In this document: positions 1-6,955 of the stretch, piece after piece
How the letters are laid out: the number at the start of each line of letters is the position of its first letter
Numbering within the stretch: position 1 is the stretch's first letter
Assembly (NCBI GenBank): GCA_043228905.1
Contig: JBHGNT010000500.1
Location: forward strand, 1 to 22,681
DNA: 22,681 nt
Direction: 5' to 3'
Source of the DNA: Azolla caroliniana
Taxonomy: Eukaryota; Plantae; Polypodiophyta
Position numbers and translations under genes: made by a program
The notes under the pieces: generated by a model
What the model was told of the DNA's origin: nothing
The model's database searches: none
Seen by the model: only the letters and a program-made list of their open reading frames with translations

Positions 1-950
1 GCACTACACAGCCTGCCGAAACCTGAGCTCATCATCTCGTAGTACTGCCTGCCGTAAGGAAGTCATCATCATGCTTCCATCTGTTTCTTTCGTGTTGAAC
101 CTTATCATCCATCTGGCCCATGAAGTCGCGCATGCCGAGAGTTGTTTGCGTGGGTCTGCGCAAGGCCGCTAGAAAAGTGTCCTTGGCCTCAACTTCAATA
201 GGTGGGCATGTCAACTGGCTTTGGATATTCTGGAAGTGGATTACAAGGTCGACAATGGGTTCATGGCTGTATTATTAAATCGAGTAGAATTGGCCAATGA
301 TCTCGCATTGTTGGACGCTTCGATGGAAGAGGCAAAGGAACGCAATTCATAGTTGTTCAAAGGCTGTGAACTAGGACAAATCGAGTTCTGAATGCCACTG
401 AGCCGCCCTGTCATCGAGGGTGAGCCCGAATTCTATGATCTTTGACGTGTTGGCTTTGACTTTTGGCAATCGTTGCGAAACGTGGTTTGCATTCCACGTA
501 TCGAGGAAGGACCTCACATGTGCTTTTACATCGGGTTCACCATTGTAGCGTGAATATGGAAACGTCATGGTATCAGGAATGTAAAGTTTGATGCTGTCGT
601 GTGCACGATCCATTGTAAGCGGTGTTTGGTTCCCGCTGTGCTTGGCTTCCAAACCACTATCACTAGTGGTTACAATGTCTTGGTGAGCTTTGGAGATGAC
701 CTCCTACTCAAGGGAAGTTTGAGTGTGGATTCAATCACACTTTCACCAAGATCCGGTAAGAAGGTGTCAAGTTGTGACGTTGTCGAAGAAAACTTTGCCG
801 CACGTCGGGATTATGTCGGAGGACAAGTTTTACCTCCTCGTGGTGTGTCCTTCCTACCCCTTCAGTTAGACAACATCCAGTCCCTGATTTTCTTCTGTGT
901 GCTTACAAATCGACTAGGCTTGCCAAAAGTGTTATCGGCCTAGGATAACA
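1..950 (-). mobile_element. 5' remnant of a degenerate Ty3/gypsy-type LTR retrotransposon (LTR end, PBS-like site, gag); continues left of the window
   Basis: On the - strand ...GATAACA (ends at 930) is followed by a 4-nt spacer and TGGCAAGCCTAG (PBS-like, starts TGG), then gag-like reading frames. The outer LTR boundary was not determined. Confidence 0.6.
32..652 (-). pseudogene. Retrotransposon gag (capsid-like) fragment, interrupted by stops
   Basis: ORFs 371..652 (RYNGEPDVKAHVRSF...EFGLTLDDRAAQWHSEL) and 32..214 (AKDTFLAALR) have the motif pattern of Ty3/gypsy Gag. The intervening sequence contains stop codons. Confidence 0.65.
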
Positions 951-1103
951 TAGTGTCAAATATCTGGTCCTTTGCCTATTGGACTAAAGGGAGTGCATTT
1001 TGCTTCAAACCCATTCAGGATTTTGAACTGTAAGGGTTTACGTATGAATTGAGCTGAGAATGAATGCGTGCCTATGGAGTGGACCAAGACGATTACTACC
1101 AAG

Positions 1104-1928
1104 GTTGTTAGGTACGTTAGATATGGTACAGATACTATACGTATATAATGTATTAGTACGCACATAGTATGTCCTAATTTAAAAATTCGTTAAATACGTT
1201 TTTTAATATGTTCAATACTTATAAAATACATAGAATACATATTGTACGTATAGTACGTTAAATACTTCTGGAATTTGAAAAATATTTACCTTTCTAAAAA
1301 ATATTTGTAATATTGTAAAAAGCATCTATGTTTACACAATTTTGTGATGTTCATTGTAACAGTCTTACATCCTAAAATGCATATAAGACATTTGAAGTTT
1401 TCACATCCTAAAATACTTATAATATGGATGTCGACATTCACTTGTTCTATAAATCAGTGTGCGTATCACAATGTTCTACTTCAAATTGTAATTATTTACG
1501 ATTATGCCTTCATAGATTGAGGAATTGTTCATGATTATCACACTCATTATAGGTTTCTTTCTTCTTTTCTCTCTCCTTCATGTTCTTCTTCTTGTTCTAT
1601 CTTTTGTGATTATCACACTTAGAGTCAACACAAGTTTCTGTCTTCTTTTCTCCCTTTTTCTTCTTCTTCTTCGTCGTCATCTCTTATGTTCTTCTTTCTT
1701 CCTTTTTTTTTTGTTTCACTAAATTTATTTATTTTCTTTTGCTTTTTGTTGGGGTTTTACTAACATTTTTTTATAAATACGTATTATACCTGTTTTTTCA
1801 AATGTATGTTAAATACTCTATCGGACAATGTACATGATATTTGACTAAACAACATTGAGGTATAGTACGTACTATAGAAATCATGAGGTACTATGTATTT
1901 AAACGTTAAATACGGGTACGTAAACAAC
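1104..1928. other. AT-rich segment with imperfect terminal inverted repeats and a repeated subterminal motif; possible non-autonomous DNA transposon
   Basis: Ends GTTGTTAGGTAC / GTACGTAAACAAC. GTTAAATAC occurs at 1189, 1257, 1808 and 1905. There is a perfect 16-bp palindrome TATAGTACGTACTATA at 1861-1876. No clear TSD. Confidence 0.3.
1555..1745 (+). repeat. Pyrimidine-rich (CTT/T) low-complexity tract
   Basis: Runs of CTT, CTTTT and poly-T are seen directly. Confidence 0.7.
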
Positions 1929-2088
1929 TATGGCTACAACCGATTGGTTACGAAAACATTGCACAGAACGTGAAGACTCCACACAGAAAAATTATGACAC
2001 TGTTTCTTACATAGAGTATCAAGGGAAAACCAAATTCTATTATCAGTGCAAAAGTTACAATATATTCGATTAGCTTTTACATGCTTCT

Positions 2089-2387
2089 TGTAACGAAATG
2101 GGAGGCAAGAGTGATTGCAATTCAACGGAATAAGATTGAGAGAGTGTGTGTGTGTGAGGCAACAAAGGTGGACATAGGGAGAGCTCTTAAGGTAGAGATT
2201 GAAAACTATATATTAACGAAAGATGCATCAAACATACATCATCCAACAGTGACTAAGTTACAATGCGTTGGTTTATATACCAACTAAGCTAGGGAAAGTG
2301 CCCTTTCTACTATTTACAGAACTAGCCCAACATGTCCATGACCTAGTGTGACACTTATCTATGGGAAGTTGAGTTCGTCTCTCAACA
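2089..2387 (-). repeat. Copia 3' LTR (left boundary tentative)
   Basis: Starts TGTTG on the - strand right after purine tract GAAGGGGCG (2388-2396). TATATAAA lies on the - strand at 2272-2279, and the candidate end is ...GTTACA at 2089. No second copy is in the window to confirm. Confidence 0.55.
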
Positions 2388-2532
2388 CGCCCCTTCAAAC
2401 ACAACTTCTATCTGTCGAGAAGGTTGTTCGGTTCATACTTCGATCTGTCTAGTCGGTTGTGTTGCGTACTCGTGTACTCAATCCATTGCGTATATGTTGC
2501 ACATCGTTGCGTATTGCTTCCATGTCGCGTAC

Positions 2533-2836
2533 TCACGTACTCCCCCTCAAGTTCGGCAATGTAGATGTCGTGAGACCAAGGTTCGATGCAAATTTCCTGA
2601 GCTTGTCGACTCCTAAGGCCTTCGTAAATATATCAGCAACTGGGAGGTGCATACTGGTATGTTGTGGATCGATCTCGCTGGCCTATACGCGCTCGCGGAT
2701 GAAGTGGTAATGTGGTTCGATATGTTTAGTCCGCCTGTACAATATGGGGTTCTACGCTAGGTAGATACTACTCATGTTGTCGCAGTAGAAATGAATTGGA
2801 TCCTTGATGGGTACACCCAGGTCCTTTAGTACGCGT
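2533..2836 (-). pseudogene. pol: Copia RNase H C-terminal part
   Basis: The - strand reads VLKDLGVPIKDPIHFYCDNMSSIYLA*NPILYRRTKHIEPHYHFIRERV*...VADIFTKALG...LRGST*, with the copia RNase H motifs CDN, KHI and ADIFTK. It contains two in-frame stops. Confidence 0.9.
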
Positions 2837-3501
2837 TGTCGTGCCTTTCGGCGCCGGATCGTTTGCGTGAGTGGAGTGGGAACCGCTGGGGTTTTGGACT
2901 AGGAGAAAAGAAAATTCTAAGGCAATGAAGAATATGAAATATGTTGTAAGGAAGAAAGATATGAAAAACTCGTGAATCCCATGATTATAGTGTATTATTG
3001 AGTACTCAAATTAAGAGAGAAAAATAGTTAGCAAATTCGTGAATCCCACGATTATATTATATTAATCAACCCTTGTAAAATAAGTAACAACCACTATACA
3101 TCTTTCTCTCTCCCTTATATAGTGTTGGAAGAGTCTAAGTTTATCACATGCAAGCATCATGCTTTTCCTAACTTTAGTTTTCATGCACACTACATGTGCA
3201 TGATTAACTATCTATCCCATCTTTTCTTTTAACTCGAGTGTGTATGCATGAATAACTTTGTGTACCACGCATATCTAGAATATTTACATGGGACAAAGTT
3301 TAGTATAACTTTACATGGGACATTCATAATATGCTAGTATAGTGGTAAGGCTAGGGTTTGTCTATGTGGAGGTAAAAGGTTCGAACCCTGCCCTATGCAC
3401 ATAATAAATATTTTTAATATTTTATTTTATGTATTATATGTACTTTAAATCGGATATAGTATTTTACATATTTCATGTAGTGTGTGATTCACACTATGAC
3501 A
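2837..3501 (-). repeat. Gypsy 3' LTR (665 bp)
   Basis: Aligns end to end with 18736-19394 (about 45 substitutions and one 6-bp indel by eye). TATATAA lies on the - strand at 3115-3121. Confidence 0.93.
3328..3415 (+). promoter_or_regulatory. tRNA-like Pol III type-2 promoter (A box, B box, oligo-T terminator) inside the gypsy LTR, antisense to the element
   Basis: A box TAGTATAGTGG 3335-3345, B box GGTTCGAACCC 3378-3388, T8-to-T54 distance 45 nt, TTTTT at 3411-3415. No full cloverleaf. Confidence 0.65.
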
Positions 3502-3513
3502 CTCGCCCCCTCC
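3502..3513 (-). promoter_or_regulatory. Polypurine tract of the gypsy element
   Basis: GGAGGGGGCGAG on the - strand immediately before the 3' LTR TG. Confidence 0.85.
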
Positions 3514-3557
3514 GAACCCGCACATCCTTCGGTATGTGCCGAAGTTCCCGATGCTTG

Positions 3558-5247
3558 CTATTCACCTGCATCCGAAGCTTCCTCCGATTCTCCCCTTAAG
3601 TCGACTATGAGTTGTAATCCGCTTTCTTCGCTTTCCGCATCGCCGCAATCTTCATCTGATTGCTCCTCCTTGTCGGTCTTGTCTAGGATCACATAGGGTT
3701 CTTCATCAGTCCGTTTCTTGAAAATCTTCACCCATTTCCCAGCTATAGGCAATCATAGCATCATTCCATCCAACTCGCATAGTCGGTAAGTTCCGTTGTC
3801 GAAAACTTTCCGAACCTCGTATGGCCCGAACCAGCTTTTCGCGAACTTCCGCATCGTTGTATGTTGATGATCCAAACTACTGTCGTAGACAATCACCCAA
3901 TCTCCTTCTTCAATCTTCCGCGGTCGTAGTCGGTGCTTTGAGTCGAACCGGCTTTTATTCCGGAATCGCGCTTCTTGTTGTCGGCGTATTGCTTCCGCTA
4001 CGTCTTCCGGTCTTCCCTCTAGTTGTCGTATCCAGACCGCTAGTAGTTCTTCCTGGCTCATCTCTTCCTTCCACGGTAGCACTGTCCATGTCGCGATCAC
4101 GGTTTCCGTTGGCATTACCGGTGCTTGTCCGGTCACAAGTTCTGCTGGCATGTAACCGGTTACGGAGCTATGCGTCGTCCGATCCGCCCATAGTGCATAC
4201 GGGACCATCTGCGGCCAATCCTTCACCCTTCCGTCGCATGCTTTAGCAAGTGCTTTGACGATCGGACTATGTCCTCGTTCGATTATCCTGTTGGCCTTTG
4301 GATTGTATGTTGTTGTTAGTGTTAACCGAACTCCATGTTTGGTGAAGAATTCCTTAGCTTTATCAGAGTCAAGTTCTCCCCGATCCGCAATCACTTGTCC
4401 TACACACCCGTACCCGCAAAACACCTCCTCGAAAAGAAATTGCCCATGTTCCTCGATGTCCAGCCCAATTGGATTCGTGAAACTCGGACATTATCCGGTT
4501 TTGTTGCTCTTTCGTCTTGAGTACCCGAAGTGGTATGCCATCCGGTCTTTTTGGCTCCCTCCATATTAATCCATTTTTCAAGAGGAACTTTTGAACTTGC
4601 CGCTTCTTCCTTCGGATCTCGGCTCTCTTCTCTTTATCGTCCAGTGATTCCTCAATCTCTTGTAGCACCTTCCTGATCATCAAGCATTCTCCCTTGTATT
4701 CTTCTTCTCGGATTTCTCGGTTTACGTTTACTTGGCATATGTGCTCCGAAGCAAAGTAGTCTTCAGAAACTTCTTCATTATCGGATTTGGTTATGTCGTC
4801 TCCAAACAGCACCCTTGATAGCATATCCGCTACCGTATTGTCTTTTCGAGAGATGTGTTGTACCTCCGGATTAAGTGACTTAACATATGCAATCCATCTT
4901 AGCATAGCCACATCCGGTATCGTGCAACACTGCATCATCCCGAGTATCATAAGACAATCCGTTTCGATCACTACTTCGGCTCCTATCAAATAATCTCGAG
5001 CCAATTTGATTGCCGACACGACTCCCCATAATTCTCTTTTGACTTGTGCATATCCGCGTTGCCTTTCATTGAGAACCTTTGCTCCAAATCGGATCGGATA
5101 TCGCAAACCATCCGAGTCGAGTTGATTGATGACCCATTCGATCCCGGTTGGGCTTGTATCAACCGTTACTATAACCTGTCGGTCATAGTTCGGCTTCTTT
5201 AGTGCTTTTGCCCTCCGTAGTGATTTCTTGAGCTTCTTCACGGCTTT
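3558..5247 (-). pseudogene. pol: Gypsy pol 3' part: RT connection, RNase H, truncated integrase, acidic C-terminal tail
   Basis: VTVDTSPTG...KRELWG...ETDC...ADMLSR (RNase H); FHESNWAGH (integrase zinc-finger His pair); IADRGE...IERGH (DDE core); WFGPYEV (GPY/F motif). It has stops and an internal deletion near 4441. Confidence 0.9.
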
Positions 5248-5318
5248 TGTCATGGCAAGACTCGAACCCATGACTTTATGCTACATGGGTCGAGCTCTTA
5301 CCATTAGATTATGAATTG
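5248..5318 (-). promoter_or_regulatory. tRNA-like Pol III A/B-box module at the U3 edge of the chromovirus LTR, antisense (copies at 10143-10213 and 15038-15108)
   Basis: The - strand has TAATCTAATGGTAAGA (A-box/D-arm-like, box at 5301-5311), AAGTC (variable-loop-like) and GGTTCGAGTCT (B box, 5258-5268). T8-to-T54 distance is 45 nt. Confidence 0.55.
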
Positions 5319-5372
5319 TATTTTGTAGGATATTATTTTCATTTATACTTTATCATAGAAAATTGATGTATA

Positions 5373-5415
5373 TTCCAGATCTCTCTGGAACATTCTAGAA
5401 GCTTCAGGATTATTC
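5373..5415 (+). promoter_or_regulatory. Heat-shock element array (copies at 10268-10310 and 15163-15205)
   Basis: TTC-ca-GAT-ct-CTC-tg-GAA-ca-TTC-ta-GAA-gc-TTC-ag-GAT-ta-TTC: nine in-phase alternating nGAAn units, four consecutive perfect ones at 5388-5405, ending 10 nt before the TATA box. Confidence 0.75.
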
Positions 5416-5688
5416 CTAAAAACACTATAAAAGGAGGCACAAGGCATTGTTTTGAACCAAATTGGTTCAACGCCAGTCTTAAGCCTCTTAGCCGCTTGTA
5501 CTTATCTTTTCACATAATATATAACCGCTGTCATCATCTCTCTCTCTCTCTCATTCTCGCTATCTCTCTCTCTCTCCTCTTCTCACTTCCTCTCTCGGGA
5601 ATCTTACGCAGTCCCATCCTCTTAGTACTAATAGTACTGTTGTTCTTAGTACTAATTCCATCTCTGTTTTAGTACAATTCCTGACAGT

Positions 5689-5700
5689 TTGAACCAATTT
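5689..5700 (+). promoter_or_regulatory. Self-priming primer-binding site (copy at 10584-10595)
   Basis: TTGAACCAATTT is the exact reverse complement of AAATTGGTTCAA at 5459-5470, 33 nt downstream of the TATA start. No TGG-initiated tRNA PBS is present. Confidence 0.8.
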
Positions 5701-5755
5701 TTTCCTCTAGCCTACTTGTCACTCTCCCTTATCCTCCTACCCTTTTCCCTATACT

Positions 5756-6913
5756 ATGGCTACTGTTAGCGCCCAAGAATACCAATCTGTTTTCTCCGAG
5801 CTACAGTGCCTAAAAGAAAAGTTTGTTGCCCTGGAACAAGAAAACCAACGGCTGATAGGGGATCTGCAACAAATCGCTCTGGAAAAACAACAAACGCAAC
5901 AACAACATGGGGAGTTAGCGTTACGGGTACAACAACTCGAAGCAGCGTTGCAACAACAAGGATCCAGTCCCCAAGGATTTCATAAAGAGCCCAAGATTGG
6001 ACTTCTTGTGAAATTTGATGGAACGCGTTCGCAATTCCGAGGATTCCTTAATCAGGTACGCTTAGTCATCCAGATGCATCCTTCCCGATATCCCACTGAT
6101 GCATCTCGAGTCGGCCTAATAGGCACGCTACTTAGCGGCTCAGCCTTGGCATGGTTTGCTCCGCTTCTAGAAAAACAATCACCCTTACTTAATAACTTTG
6201 AAGATTTTATTGGTGAGTTTAAAGCCTGCTTTGGAGACACCGACAGCATCAGGACGGCGATCAACAAGATCCGGCGATTGCGTCAAGGCGATCGTCCAGC
6301 CTTTGCCTACGCGGCGGATTTCCGCCTACTTGCTTCAGATATACCCTGGGATGATCAAGCACTAATGGAGCAGTTTCGCTATGGCTTGCGAAACGATGTC
6401 AAAGATCTACTTCTAACTTTCCCCGAAGAACCAAAGTCTCTTACGGAGGCAATCAGTCGAGCAGTTCGATGTGACAACCGCCTTTTTGAACGGCGTTCAG
6501 AACGTCAATTACAGATACCACGCCCTAGGCCAGAGCCCACTTACGCCGCAGTCGCGGCTAAACCGTTTGCACGAGACATACCTCAAGCAAATACTTCGAC
6601 ACCGATGGAGATCGATACCATGCGTCGACGCGGCCCGTTATCGGAAGAAGAAAAGCAACGACGACGTGCCAATCGATTATGTCTTTATTGCGGTGGACCA
6701 GGACATATCGCCATCAATTGTCCCCATAGGCCAAGAAGACAGGTAAATCAAATCGTCGCCTGTACTAAACCCGAGTCAATTCTTCCCTTCGGAGTGTCTG
6801 ATAGTATTAATAGTACTAATAGAGTGTTAGATAGTGTTCATAGTACTAATAGCCCAAGTATCTCAAATAAATTTGAAATCCTTAGTCAATTAGATGAAGA
6901 GTTAAACGATTGA
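5756..6913 (+). CDS. gag: Gag, 385 aa, unit 1
   Basis: Uninterrupted ORF with an N-terminal coiled coil, a capsid region (KFDGTR...ALAWF...LRQG...FRYGL), a PMEID motif and a CCHC knuckle CLYCGGPGHIAINC. Confidence 0.92.
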   Translation: MATVSAQEYQSVFSELQCLKEKFVALEQENQRLIGDLQQIALEKQQTQQQHGELALRVQQLEAALQQQGSSPQGFHKEPKIGLLVKFDGTRSQFRGFLNQVRLVIQMHPSRYPTDASRVGLIGTLLSGSALAWFAPLLEKQSPLLNNFEDFIGEFKACFGDTDSIRTAINKIRRLRQGDRPAFAYAADFRLLASDIPWDDQALMEQFRYGLRNDVKDLLLTFPEEPKSLTEAISRAVRCDNRLFERRSERQLQIPRPRPEPTYAAVAAKPFARDIPQANTSTPMEIDTMRRRGPLSEEEKQRRRANRLCLYCGGPGHIAINCPHRPRRQVNQIVACTKPESILPFGVSDSINSTNRVLDSVHSTNSPSISNKFEILSQLDEELND

Positions 6914-6955
6914 GTCCAGCCAAAATAGGAGCCATTTGGTTGGACAGCAGCCCTA
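6901..6955 (+). promoter_or_regulatory. Putative -1 ribosomal frameshift signal between gag and pol (copy at 11796-11850)
   Basis: Heptamer G_TTA_AAC in the gag frame (6901-6907), a 6-nt spacer and an 11-bp stem 6914-6924/6935-6945. The protease frame is -1 relative to gag. Confidence 0.7.

Larger units (their letters stand above)
5248..5686 (+). repeat. Chromovirus LTR 1 (5' LTR)
   Basis: TGTCA...TGACA ends, TATAAAA at 5426-5432, (CT)n tracts about 5537-5596, followed by the PBS. Confidence 0.96.

Noticed and set aside
1525-1722. 65-aa hydrophobic ORF resembling a membrane peptide
   Set aside because: It is a by-product of the CTT/T-rich low-complexity tract, with a non-ATG start and no family motif.
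1934-2125. Cys/His-containing 63-aa ORF (possible zinc finger)
   Set aside because: It is short, straddles the tentative copia LTR boundary and has no recognisable spacing pattern.
2323-2381. A/B-box-like words (TAGCCCAACATG, AGTTCGTCTC) antisense in the copia LTR U3
   Set aside because: The B box lacks the invariant A and the spacing is 51 rather than 45 nt. This is too weak to count as a third instance, though worth including in a family-wide scan.
2970-3066. Repeat TCGTGAATCCCAYGATTATA twice at 67-bp spacing, superficially CRISPR-like
   Set aside because: There are only two copies, inside a eukaryotic LTR U5, with no cas genes; this is an ordinary internal LTR duplication.
3328-3400. Functional tRNA gene (also 5248-5318)
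   Set aside because: The acceptor and anticodon stems do not pair; only the promoter boxes and partial D/T arms remain.
3558-3752. Extra ORF (env-like or chromodomain) after the gypsy integrase
   Set aside because: It is in frame with the integrase behind a single TGA, and is an acidic tail without transmembrane or chromodomain motifs.
4369-5271. 300-aa ORF and ORF 15350..15781 as stand-alone genes
   Set aside because: Both are chimeras of gypsy pol with antisense chromovirus LTR sequence across the insertion junctions.
5756-6913. Domesticated PEG10/RTL-like gag gene
   Set aside because: It lies inside a complete young element with LTRs, PBS, PPT and TSD.
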